Shown here: one piece after another, positions 49,806 to 61,333 of the stretch | Layout: every line of letters starts with the position of its first letter | How positions within the stretch are numbered: the stretch's first letter is position 1 | Source of the DNA: Schizochytrium sp. TIO01 | Taxonomy: Eukaryota; Protista; Bigyra: Labyrinthulomycetes | Reading direction: 5' to 3' | DNA length: 64,000 nucleotides | Assembly (NCBI GenBank): GCA_004764695.1 | Contig: SMSO01000014.1 | Coordinates: forward strand, 5,942,029 to 6,006,028 | Notes under the pieces: model-generated | Seen by the model: only the letters and a program-made list of their open reading frames with translations | What the model was told of the DNA's origin: nothing | The model's database searches: none | Made by a program: the position numbers and the translations under genes

Positions 49806-52800
49806 TTAAAACATGATGAATTCGCTGGAGTCCGGAGCATCTGGATCACGAGACTGCTTTCCGGATGTCGCATCAAATTCGCTAACTTGCTTCTCATCGC
49901 CATACATATCATCAAGCTTATCTGCGCTAGTCTTCTTCTTCAAGGTTACATTTGCAAAGGCTGGTTTCTTGACTTCAGATTCCTGCTCTAAAGGAGCACT
50001 AGCAACATGTACTCCCTCGGATGATTTTTTACGGCCCAACATCTTAGTAGCAGCAGCAGAAATTGCTTCCATATCAGGGTTTCCAGGTGCATTGACTTCA
50101 CCTGTCGGGGGCTGAGGAGCGTTACTCGTTCGACCTAGAAGCTTGCTTGCAGCCGAGAATTTCCCGGTGCTGCTTCCTTTCTTATTAACAGGGGCATCTG
50201 TATCACCAGCAGGTTCTTCAAGCGAACTGCTTTCAACTGAGGTTTTACGACCAAGCATCTTTGATGCCGCAGCTGAGATGTCTGCAAGTCCAGGTTTACC
50301 GGGCATCACGTCGTCACCGGCACTCTTAGTGGCCGCGGGAGCGTCTTGAGACTTTTTACTGCCAAGCATCTTTGATGCCGCAGCTGAGATATCTGCAAGT
50401 CCAGGTTTACCGGGCATCACGTCGTCACCGGCACTCTTAGTGGCCGCGGGAGCGTCTTGAGACTTTTTACTGCCAAGCATCTTTGATGCCGCAGCTGAGA
50501 TGTCTGCAAGTCCAGGTTTACCGGGCATCACATCGTCACCGGCACTCTTGGTGGCCGCGGGAGCGTCTTGAGACTTTTTACTGCCAAGCATCTTTGATGC
50601 CGCAGCTGAGATATCTGCAAGTCCAGGTTTACCGGGCATCACATCGTCACCGGCACTCTTGGTGGCCGCGGGAGCGTCTTGAGACTTTTTACTGCCAAGC
50701 ATCTTTGATGCCGCAGCTGAGATATCTGCAAGTCCAGGTTTACCGGGCATCACGTCGTCACCGGCACTCTTAGTGGCCGCGGGAGCGTCCTTGAGACTTT
50801 TTACTGCCAAGCATCTTTGATGCCGCAGCTGAGATATCTGCAAGTCCAGGTTTACCGGGCATCACATCGTCACCGGCACTCTTGGTGGCCGCGGGAGCGT
50901 CTTGAGACTTTTTACTGCCAAGCATCTTTGATGCCGCAGCTGAGATATCTGCAAGTCCAGGTTTACCGGGCATCACATCGTCACCGGCACTCTTGGTGGC
51001 CGCGGGAGCGTCTTGAGACTTTTTACTGCCAAGCATCTTTGATGCCGCAGCTGAGATATCTGCAAGTCCAGGTTTACCGGGCATCACATCGTCACTGGCA
51101 CTCTTAGTGGCTGCGGGAGCGTCTTGGGACTTTTTACGACCGAGCATCTTCGATGCCGCAGCTGAGATGTCAGCAAGCCCTGGTTTACTTGAATCAAAGG
51201 CACTACTTTCATCTGTTTCACCGTTATTAGGACTTCCTTCTTCGCCGCCTCCTGAGCCTTTGGAAAGATTTGCTTGATTCTTTTCTGCGGATTCTTCAGA
51301 TGAGCCGTCATCTTCTTCCCCTGTTTTCTTGGTAGTCTTCTTCTTGGTTTTGCTGGCCCCATCTTCCTTCTTTGATTTTCCATCACTTCCATCATCGCCA
51401 GACTTCTTCTTTTTCTTTTTCTTCTTGTCGCCACCTGCGCTATCATCACCGTCGTCTTTCCCAGCAGGGTCCTTCATTTTAGACTTGGTTTTAGTACCAG
51501 CTTTGTCCTTTGCCTTAGCATCGTTTGCCTTCTTCTCGTTTGCTGCTTTCTCCAGTTTTTCTTTTTGTCGTTTAACGCGGAGGTATTTTTGGCGTGCAGC
51601 ATCGTTCTCGTTGAGTGCAAGCTCGAAATCAGCAAAAAAGCCTTGCAACATTCGAAAAAGGACTTCGGAAGTTGTAGCACCGTCTTCGCAAAAGTAGTCT
51701 AAAACAGATTTAAATGAATCTTCCGTCTCAGTCGCGGTTTTTCGAAGTTCTTCCAGAGATGAAGACGCCTCTTTATAGAATCGATTCAGACCTAGCGCAA
51801 ATGCTTGGTCCTCTTCTGTCATGGCGTCTCGCTTAGCAGGGTCCTCTAAAACGTTAGCAACAACCTTCACTTCATTCTCGAGCGCCTTAATACCGTTTTC
51901 TAAAACTTGTAACTGGGCTAGTGCATTAGTCAATGAGACGTTAGAGGCAGAACGAACATCATCTGTCTCTGATTTAATGAAAGAAACCAGCTCTACCTGA
52001 CGAGTTTGGATAAGCATCACCATGTAATGAAGCGCTGTTGTTTTAGACTGGTAGCTCTTCACAGTCCGCAACTTTGACAATGAATCAAGCATAAAGCCTT
52101 CCGCTAGACGAGTAGGGGGTGCATCTTCACCTTCATTCAAAAAGTTGCCTAGAGCAAGAATAATTTCTAGGATTCGACGGAGCTTTTTGCTCTCCAAAAT
52201 CTGTTTGCATGCCTTACTTAGCACCTCAAAGTCAATGTGGGCCTCGTCATACGACTCATCGAACTTGAGCTTGTACAAAAAGCAATTCACTCGCTGTTTG
52301 TAGCGCGGAATGTCCATAAGGTCCAAGAAATATGCCTCTGCTTTCTCTAATTCATTGCGGTCACCCTCAAATGCCTGCAAAGTCTTCTCTTCCTCGGGAG
52401 TCGGCAATAGCCCGAGTGTGGACCGAACGTCTTCATGAGATACTGCCTCCGGCACCTCCAATGTGTAAAGACATTGTCGAATCATCTTGCTATCAATGCC
52501 ATGGCCCTTCATACGCGAAAGAACAATCGAAATATTATTGGAGCGTTGCGCGTCTAGAAGTTGCTTCTTTGCTTCTTTCTTTGCCTTCTTCTTCTTTGCA
52601 CCATCGGCACCCTCCTCCTTAGCCTTGGCCGCCTTTTCACGCTCCTTGCGACGTTCCTGCTCTGACATATTGAATGTAAAGTAATCATTCATCTCCTTCA
52701 CCTCGCGTTGCTCGAACATAAACTTTGAAGTTTTGTTCCACAATGTTCGCTCCTCCAATTTTGACAAAGTTTGTTTGGTGACCTTGCGCCAATGCAGCTT

Positions 52801-55800
52801 TCGGCGTACAATCTTGTCTGGTTTCTTCTCTACAGGTTTGGGTTTAGGTTTTGCCTTCTCTACCTTTTTGGTCTCCTTGCCTTCCTCTCCGGCGGCTGGG
52901 ATCAGAGTTTCAGGGTCCATATCGAGGTACTTTGGATCAAGTCCCTTGCTTGTCATCTTCACCTCCACTGCTCCACGAGGTACCTTCACAGCAAGCATCT
53001 TGATGAAAGGTGAGTAGCGTTCATCATCCTTTAGCTTGACCATCTTAACACCGCTGTCACCCTCGTCATCTCCATCATCTTCGCCTTCAGCTGGAATTTC
53101 AGACTCGGGATCCAAATCTAGATATTTAGGGTCCAAGCCTTTATTACGCATCTTCAGCTCGACGGCTCCTCTAGGCACCATTACGGCAAGCATCTTGAAA
53201 AAGGGCGAGTACCGCTCGTCATCTTTCAGCTTCACCATCTTCTTCTTTTTCTTAGCCTTCTTGGCCTTCTTGGGTTCATCCTTATCTTCTTCGCCCTCTG
53301 CCGGAATCTCAGTTTCAGGGTCCATATCGAGATATTTGGGGTCAAGTCCCTTACTCTGCATTTTAACTTCAACCGCACCCCGAGGCACCTTGACCGCAAG
53401 CATTTTGAAAAACGGAGAATATCGAGGATCATCCTTAAGCTTGATCATTTTTTTCCCTCCTTCCTTTGGCACTGCTGGGGCGGGATCATTAGGGTCCCTG
53501 TCAAGCATATTTGGGTCGAGACCTTCAGCAATCATTTTGTTTTTAATGGCTTGCGGAGGCACCTTAACCGCAAGCATCTTAAAGAACTTCCCATAGCGGG
53601 GGTCATCTTTCAAGGCTACGGTAGGCTCGTCCTCCCCCTCGTCATCATCGTCATCACCTGGCATAGGTGGAGCCGGGTGATCAGGGTCCTTGTCAATCAT
53701 CGAAGGATCTAGACCTTCGGCTTCCATTTTATTCTTGATTGCTTGTGGAGGTACCCGAACAGCGAGCATCTTGAAAAACTTGCCATACCGCGGATCATCT
53801 TTGAGAGCAACCGTAGGGACTTTTGCTTTAGCTCCGCCTTCCGCACCTGGCATTGGAGGTGCAGGATCATTCGGATCTTTATCAATCATGTCAGGGTCCA
53901 AGCCCTCAGCCTCCATCTTGTTCTTGATAGCTTGTGGTGGCACACGAACAGCAAGCATCTTGAAAAACTTGCCATACCGCGGGTCATCTTTAAGAGCCAC
54001 TGCGGCGGGTGCTTCGTCCTTTTTCTCTTCGCCAGGCATTGGAGGCGCAGGATCATTCGGATCTTTATCAATCATGTCAGGGTCCAAGCCCTCAGCCTCC
54101 ATTTTATTCTTGATAGCTTGTGGTGGCACACGAACAGCAAGCATCTTGAAAAACTTGCCATACCGCGGGTCATCTTTAAGAGCCACTGCGGCGGGTGCTT
54201 CGTCCTTTTTCTCTTCGCCGGGCATAGGAGGTGCGGGATCATTCGGATCTTTATCGATCATGTCAGGATCCAGACCTTCGGCTTCCATCTTATTCTTAAT
54301 AGCTTGCACAGGGACTTTCACAGCCAGCATCTTAAAGAACTTTCCATACCTGGGGTCATCTTTAAGAGCGATTGCGGCGGGTGCTTCATCTTTTTTCTCT
54401 TCACCAGGCATTGGCGGAGCTGGGTCCTCGGGGTTCTTGTCAATCATGTCCGGATCAAGACCTTCTGCCTCCATTTTGTTTTTGATAGCTTGAACAGGGA
54501 CTTTCACAGCCAGCATCTTAAAGAACTTTCCATAGCGAGGGTCATCCTTCAGCTTCGTAACGATAGGACCGTCTTCCTTAGTTTCCTCACCGGGCATAGG
54601 CGGCGCAGGGTCGTTTGGATCCTTGTCAATCATCTCAGGATCGAGACCTTCTGCTTCCATCTTATTCTTGATCGCTTGGGCTGGGACTTTTACGGCAAGC
54701 ATTTTGAAAAATTTTCCATATCGAGGGTCATCCTTTAGTTTAACAGGACCGCTATCCTTCGTTGCTTGGTCCCCAAAGATCACTGCCGGATCTACTCCTT
54801 TTTCACGCAACATAGCTTCAACTTGAGCGCGTGTTAAAGTGTCGCCAGCATTTGATTTAGGCTCCTCCTTAGGTGCCGGCCTGGGTGTTTGTGCCTCTGG
54901 TGCTTGAGGTGGTGCAACGCCCGCTTTTGCAGCTAGAGCTGCTGCGATAGCATTGCCTGCTGACATGATACCTCCCTTGGGAGAATTGAGCTTTGCATTT
55001 ACCCCATCTTCAACTGACGGAATGGGAGGCGCCTCTGGAAATGAGCTACGATTGATTGGTTTCAGATCAGGAACATGAGAGCCATCGGCGGTACTAGGTA
55101 CAACATGACCATTTGCCTGCTGCACGCGTAAAGCCGTGTTTTCTTCATTCAACTTGGTGCACTCTTCTTCCTTCGCAGATACCTCTTCCACTAGACGTTG
55201 TGTTTCAGCTTCTATTAAAAGTTGGGCTTCCCACCTTCCCCATGCACGAATGACGCGGGACCGCGCCTGTCTTAACAAAAACGAGCGAAGTAGCATTGCC
55301 CCTGCTCGATGCATTGGCGAGACGTTTACAGGCTCTGCGGTGGCTTCGAGGTCCGAGCCACCGATTCCATCCAAGCTGATCGAAGGAAGTGCATTGAAGT
55401 CAATCTCACTGATGGAATCTCCGCCCAAAGATCCACTGGCTTGTGACCGAATTCGCACGCGATGCTCCGCTTGACCGGCGCTACTAGCACCGCCAACACT
55501 ACCTTCTACATCTTCAGAGAACCGAGCGGTATTTCCTTCCTCTTCCCCAACCTCTTCATACTGTGCATCTTCTTCTGGCTCATCGAAGCTGCCGTTCATA
55601 AGTCCAGTAACTACACCTCCATTGATCATCTGAGACAAGGTCACTCGCTCAAGCTCCCCTGTGTCAAGATTTCTCACCATAAAGGTCTCCTCCTCGTCAC
55701 TGTATGGCGTTACGTCTTCGTCAGAGCCCTCGTCAACCAAAGAGTACGAGGCTTTGCCCTTTGTAGCTTGCTTAACTTGCTCAGAAGAGAGAAGCTCCTG

Positions 55801-58101
55801 GACCTCTTCGAATCGCCGAGTTGAAACTTGGCGTTCCAAAAAAGAGGCCCGAGGTGAACCACCGCGGGAGCTCTTACGTTCTAGTCCAGTACGAGGCGAC
55901 CTTGATGACCCTGGACTTACATTGGTTCGAAGACTTTGAGATCTTTGCCGACTCTCAGCTGGCAGCGGAGACTGAGGTGTTTCAAGACTACGAGCTCTTG
56001 ACCGCCAGCTTACATCTAGCGGCGGAAGATGCGGCTTTCCAGGCGATCTAGGTTCCTGGTCATCCACGGACATTTTCTGTACAGATGCCTCTGCATTGCT
56101 TGCTCTGGCAAGCTCTCCCTCCTGAGATGTGTTAATGGCTCCTGGTGTAGTAGGTCTATTTTGTGAATCCATACTTTCTGAACGAGATTTCAAGTTATCA
56201 GCATTCGACTTTGCAGACTTTGCAGAGGCAGAGCTCGTTGTACGACTTCGCCCTGCCTTTGGTGACGCCAATACTGACTTGTTCTGATCAGGTACATCGA
56301 CAATCACATCTGTGTTCTTTGATGAAGTGCTTGATCTCACAGAGCTAGTATCATCCACTTTACTGTTTGTAGTAGGTTCCTCGTCACTGTTTTTCTCGGA
56401 ATTGTTTACTTGTGTCAGTGGCTCTTCTCGTTGCTCATTTGGCAATGCCGAAGGGCTCGTGATACCTGATGCAGACGCCACGCTTCCGGAACGCGATCTC
56501 GCAGTATCAACATTCGACTTTGTTGGCTTTGCAGACTTGACAGAGGCGGAACTTGTTGCACGGCTTCGCCCTTCCTTTGGTGATGTCAAAGCTGTCTTGT
56601 TCTGATCAGCTACATCGACAATCGCATTTGCGCTCTTTGATGAAGTCCTTGATCTCATAGAACAAGCATCATCCACTTCACTATTCGTGGTAGGCTCTTT
56701 ACCAGTGTTGTCCTCAGCATTATGTTCTAGTGTTAGTGATTCTTCTCCATGTTCACTTGGCGTTGTCATTTTGCTTGATGTAGACGCCACGCTTCCTGAA
56801 CGAGACTTTACATTATCAGCATTCGACTTTGTTGACTTTGCAGACTTGACAGAGGCGGAACTTGTTGCACGGCTTCGCCCTTCCTTTGGTGATGTCAAAG
56901 CTGTCTTGTTCTGATCAGCTACATCGACAATCGCATTTGCGCTCTTTGATGAAGTCCTTGATCCCATAGAACAAGCATCATCCACTTCACTATTCGTGGT
57001 AGGCTCTTTACCAGTGTTGTCCTCAGCATTATGTTCTAGTGTTAATGATTCTTCTCCATGTTCACTCGGGGCTGTCATTTTGCTTGATGTAGACGCCATG
57101 CTTCCTGAGCGAGATTTCATGTTACCAACATTCGACTTTGCGGACTTGGCTGAGGCAGAGCTTGATGTACGGCTTCGCCCTTCCTTAATTGATACCGATG
57201 CCAATGCCTGTTTATTGCCATCAGCCAAGTCTACCCCGCCCTCATTCTTAGACAAATTCATTGGCTGCGTAGAGTTTGTTTCAGATGATTCACCATTTGC
57301 AGTGGATTCTCCATTGCTTTCCCCTCGAGCTGTTTCCCTTTCCACAGTGGAAACCTGTGGGGGTGGTGGTGGTAAGAATTGCGCCTCCTCGGTATTAACG
57401 GGCTCTTCAGAAGCAATAACGACTCCCTCGGCGTGCGCTTCATCCACAGAAGAAGATTCCTTAGTTTGCTCTGAAGAGTCCAGTTGTGAAGTGTTTTCAT
57501 TTTCAAACTTCTCTAACGAAACAGCATTTTCCGGCTCTGGGCAAGAGTTTTGGGCAGATTTATTATTGTCCAAATCACTATTACCATGAGAATCAGAGGA
57601 GCCTGCTCGAGATCCTCTCGAGGAGTTACTTTTCTTCTCACGAGAAGTGCTTGAGTCTCCTTGATTTGTCTGGTGTTCGTCCTTGTCCATGTTTTCTTCT
57701 TCAATTTGCTTCATAATTCCTGCGGCCTCGTTTTCCTGTGCAGCAACAATGCTATCACGAGAAGCTTCCCCCTTTCCATTTTTGTTTCCTATTGCTGCTG
57801 GTGCAGTGGGCGATGAAGCTGAACACTCCGCTTTGGCGATGTTGTTTTCGGATGTTTCCGTTTTAGCCCCAAGAATGTCCACCTCCTTGTGCAGAGCGTC
57901 AGCATCTCCCTGAGAAGCGGCTCTTGACTTTTGACGAGTGTGAGCTGGGCTCGGGGGTGGTTCTGAGGATTTGGAGCGCTCCTTCTCAGCTCGCGAAATG
58001 ACTCCTTCGGCTGCAGAGCTATCTTTGACCTCAAAATCCTGCTCGTCCTCGTTTTTGTCGTTGTCGATCTCGCCGGCTTGCAAGATCTTGCGCATAAACA
58101 T
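49806..58101 (-). CDS. Formin (FH2) with ten WASHC3/CCDC53-like repeats; ~2,764 aa if the extra base at ~50790 is removed, 2,443 aa as assembled
   Basis: FH2 motifs RRKLHW..V, LLDAQRSNNISIVL, LPTPEE, IPRYKQRV, ILALGNFLN, GFMLDSLSKL and TTALHY at ~52810-51600. ORF 49806..50843 continues the same 37-aa repeat after the frameshift. Confidence 0.92.
50243..51190 (-). repeat. 111-bp (37-aa) near-identical coding tandem array, ~8.5 units, in the formin C-terminal tail
   Basis: DAPAATKSAGDDVMPGKPGLADISAAASKMLGSKKSQ; KPGLADISAAAS occurs nine times. One unit has gcgtccttgag instead of gcgtcttgag (50789-50790). Confidence 0.95.
52900..54745 (-). repeat. Ten ~60-aa repeats LKDDPRYGKFFKML.V.VP..A+..KM...GLDP
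   Basis: Counted in the translation: seven YGKFF/PAPP-type copies and three YSPF/DPETEIP-type copies, plus a degenerate half-repeat upstream (QVEAMLREKGVDP). Confidence 0.95.
56170..57190 (-). repeat. 309-bp (103-aa) Ser-rich coding repeat, ~3 copies, in the formin N-terminal region
   Basis: EHGEESLTLEHNAEDNTGKEPTTNSEVDD...EGRSRATSSASVKSAK is repeated. Antisense ORFs 56687 and 56996 are offset by 309. Confidence 0.9.
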
Positions 58102-58891
58102 GGTTCTAAAGCTTTCCAGTCTAGACTATCCTCACCCTTAGCACCCCGTCGATAAGATTCGCCGCTAACCTCGCTCTCCAAACCGTTCTGCAGCTTGCGT
58201 AGGTTTTCCCTTTCAGAAGTATTTCGCTCTAGATTTTCGATGTACAGCTGGTGCACAAGCAAATCAACCACAGTGAAAGTTTGTTGAACGGAGGTGCAAA
58301 CGCCGAGTGCGGCCAGACGCCGCTCCCAGATAGACTCAAACCAAGTAAACACACACGCTGCGAAGCCTCCGAGGCCTCGCGGCGCGTATGCTGCTGCTCT
58401 TGCGGCTCTCGCGAGGCCGCCACCGCAATCCTGCTCTGCCAGCTCCGCGCGGACTCGGCCAGAGTCGTTGTCCTCCTCTGCGCTTCTCTTCTTGTGCACG
58501 GAATGTCCACTATTCCTATACTCTACTTTCCGCACGTATACTTCACTTGCAGCTTATGCGGGAACCAGCGCGGAACATTCCGGGCTCTGCGTAGCGCTGC
58601 CTAGCTGACTCCTATGTTCCTCTGTATCAGGTTTGCAAGTAGGATAAAACTTCTTCTCCAGTTTAGTTGATATCTGATTCCTTGCAAAACCGAGTCGAGG
58701 TCGCCTCCGGTGGGACTCACTCTCGCACGGTGGAAGCGGAGGCGGTGGCGCAGAGGCAGAGGCCGGCGCCGCGGGTGCTCCAAGGATTTCACGCGCCGCC
58801 TCTACGCGTGCACCGGCGAGCTCAAAACCTCGCTGAGGCTGCGTCTGCGGAAATTGGCGGCTCGTGATTCCTGAGCTCACGCGCATACTGG

Positions 58892-58932
58892 TATACATAT
58901 AAATATATATATATTTATATATATATATATAT
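58892..58932. promoter_or_regulatory. (TA)n tract inside the divergent formin/sorting-nexin spacer, next to a GC-rich block
   Basis: The tract is directly visible; a promoter role is inferred from its position between two head-to-head starts ~1.07 kb apart. Confidence 0.4.
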
Positions 58933-59166
58933 CAAAACATCCTTTGATAAGAGGAGTTACGGGTTTGCAGATCATTCATACACGCTTGTGAGAGGGGGGA
59001 GCCACAGTAAGGCCAGACCAGCTGCATAGATTCTAAGAGTCTGAGTTTATCCAGCTGGTTAAAAAGCTCGACTGATTCCACTTGTTTCGGATTGGACCAC
59101 TCTGCGATCCGTAATAAGATTGGACCTCGGACCTATCCTGCAGGTCCTTGGCCTTGCAAATTGAAG

Positions 59167-60930
59167 ATGAAGGCTTTTTATGAGGACAATGAAGACATCA
59201 TGGGAGATGAAAATGCAAGATATGATTACTTTAAGGACAGTAGCTTCATGAATGAGGACTCCGCAGAGTCTGAAATGCATAGTGGGAACTTTCAGGATGA
59301 GGATTTGGGTCACGCAGCACAGCACAATGGAAACGCCAAGCAGGGTTCAGAGCATGAGCAACTCGAACGTATGGAGTCCGAAATGGATCGTATCAAAGCT
59401 CGACTTAAAATGTATGAAGACCCACCACCTCCAGCAGCCATGGACGTCAGAGTAGATGGATACGCATGGCACGGGTCAGCTCTGGCAAAGCACTGCAGAT
59501 ACAGAATCCGTAGGACATGGGAGGGCCAATCTCTCTCAGTTTACCGCCGCTTTTCAGACTTTGTACTTCTTTATGAAAAGCTGGTGCGGGAATTCCCTGG
59601 AGCGGTTGTTCCAAACCACCCGGAGAAGAAAATGACCTACACGAATCCTCTAGGCGGAAGCGACGTTTTGGCCGCCGAACGTGTGCAGTGGTTCCAGGCA
59701 TTTTTGCAAGGCCTTGTGCAGCACCCTCGTCTGAGTACATCGATCTGGCTGCGGGACTTTTTACAGCTTGCAACTGAGGACTGGCAGACCCGATGTGAGG
59801 AAGACGCGAACAATACTGGTGACAACGGCGCCGTCGCGAATGGGAGTAGCAAAGCTGGCAGCGAGGCATCTACCCCGAGCATGCTGGAGGCATCTGCTCA
59901 GGCTAGTCTGCACCAGCTACAGCAGTATGCTCCAGATGTATCATCCATTAAATCTTTCGTAACTGGATGGTCAACTTCTGTAGCCTCGAGCATTGCCAAT
60001 CTCTCGTCTCGCGCACGATCAAACTCCCAGGACTCAGGGACTTCTACTACGCCAGCATCTTCTGCGCCAGCTTCTCCAGCAACCATGCCATCGTATCCAT
60101 TTGTAGAGGATGACAGTACTATGGATGAGAACTCCAAGGGCCGTGGTCATACCGTGGACTCACAATATGTTCGATTATGTTGGGCAGATTCACCACTGCA
60201 AATAAATACTGATCCATTATCGCAGTCAGTGTCCTCAACGCCAACAACACAGCCCAAAAAAATTCAGATTAAGATCGAAGCCCGAAATGCGCGCGTGCAG
60301 ACCATGACTCGACTCGCTCGCGCTTGCTTAAATCATTTGCAATGCTCAGGGGAGGTAGGCGCTTGCATGACAGATCTGTCTAAGGCGGCTGAGGCGCTCA
60401 GTGAGGCTGAAAGTGCTCTTGCACCAGGGTCTGCCAAGGTCATGGATGCTCTTGCATCAGGCCTCGAGAATTTGGCTGATTCACTCACGTCGGAGTCCGC
60501 AAGGGGTCGGATTACTAAGGCAATCGAGCCCGTGCTCGAGTATGCGCTCATTATGCAGGGAGCAAATCGGGCGTATGAGAATTTGCTTCGAGATCGGCGT
60601 CAACGTAACTCTGTTGTCGATGCCCCCTTTGGTCGCTCAGAAGATGCGGACCTCGCGGAGAAAGAAGATGCTCTTGCGGACGACCTCCAATCTCACAGCG
60701 AAAACCTTTGTTCAAGGCTCGCTGGTGCCATGGAGGCACTTGCAGAGGCTGAGATTGCCCAAGCAAGAGAGAACCAGCTTGCCTTAAGGAAATTCCTACT
60801 AGCCCTACAGGAGGCAGATCCCGAGACGGACTGGGAAAATGCAACCAAGGCCTCTCGTCAAAACGCGGGTATCGGAGTTACTCAAGAAGAGCCCAAACAG
60901 TATCTATGGGATACCAACACGCCAATGTAA
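59167..60930 (+). CDS. PX-domain sorting nexin with a C-terminal BAR-like helical region (~587 aa from ATG 59167)
   Basis: PX motifs VYRRFSDFVLLYEKL...PGAVVPNHPEKK and ERVQWFQAFLQGLVQHPRL...LRDFL. The C-terminal third is amphipathic-helical. The track starts the ORF at TTG 59092. Confidence 0.9.
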   Translation: MKAFYEDNEDIMGDENARYDYFKDSSFMNEDSAESEMHSGNFQDEDLGHAAQHNGNAKQGSEHEQLERMESEMDRIKARLKMYEDPPPPAAMDVRVDGYAWHGSALAKHCRYRIRRTWEGQSLSVYRRFSDFVLLYEKLVREFPGAVVPNHPEKKMTYTNPLGGSDVLAAERVQWFQAFLQGLVQHPRLSTSIWLRDFLQLATEDWQTRCEEDANNTGDNGAVANGSSKAGSEASTPSMLEASAQASLHQLQQYAPDVSSIKSFVTGWSTSVASSIANLSSRARSNSQDSGTSTTPASSAPASPATMPSYPFVEDDSTMDENSKGRGHTVDSQYVRLCWADSPLQINTDPLSQSVSSTPTTQPKKIQIKIEARNARVQTMTRLARACLNHLQCSGEVGACMTDLSKAAEALSEAESALAPGSAKVMDALASGLENLADSLTSESARGRITKAIEPVLEYALIMQGANRAYENLLRDRRQRNSVVDAPFGRSEDADLAEKEDALADDLQSHSENLCSRLAGAMEALAEAEIAQARENQLALRKFLLALQEADPETDWENATKASRQNAGIGVTQEEPKQYLWDTNTPM

Positions 60931-61333
60931 ACAGCGTGAGCTCAGTTCGAAACTGCTGTCAGGGTGATTTTCCAGACTCATCCTTAGCTATTTTCAGCTG
61001 TTTAGCCCACATACACTACTACCGTAACAACTCTTAAATCTTTTTTAAAGTATATATACAGACCGAAAGCTTAGGTCTTGTTGGTTTGCTTCTTGGCCCA
61101 GAAACAAGCAATGAGCAGGAAACTCTCTCGAGTACACAATTCAAAATTTTATTATTTTTAAAAGAAAAGAAAAGGTAAACGAAGGTGAAGAATACAGTAG
61201 TTTTGAAAGCGCTTTCGTACAATATATCTTCTATAGAGAAAAAGAAATAGACTAACACAAGGGTAATTAACAAAATCGGGGTGCAGATATCGCCACAAAT
61301 CACATGAGAGTCGCGTTCATCTTGTATGGACTT

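Noticed and set aside
50243-51190. Regular repeat array as a possible CRISPR
   Set aside because: Contiguous in-frame coding units with no unique spacers and no cas genes; eukaryotic context.
53036-57913. Long + strand ORFs such as 53690..54493 and 53743..54738
   Set aside because: Antisense shadows of the repetitive formin CDS.
57789-58535. 248-aa - strand ORF as a frameshifted N-terminal extension of the formin
   Set aside because: One added A would join DWKALE to TMFMRK, but the upstream ~145 codons contain no ATG and the ORF starts at GTG, while ACC-ATG at 58101 is a plausible start. More likely 5' UTR; not fully excluded without cDNA.
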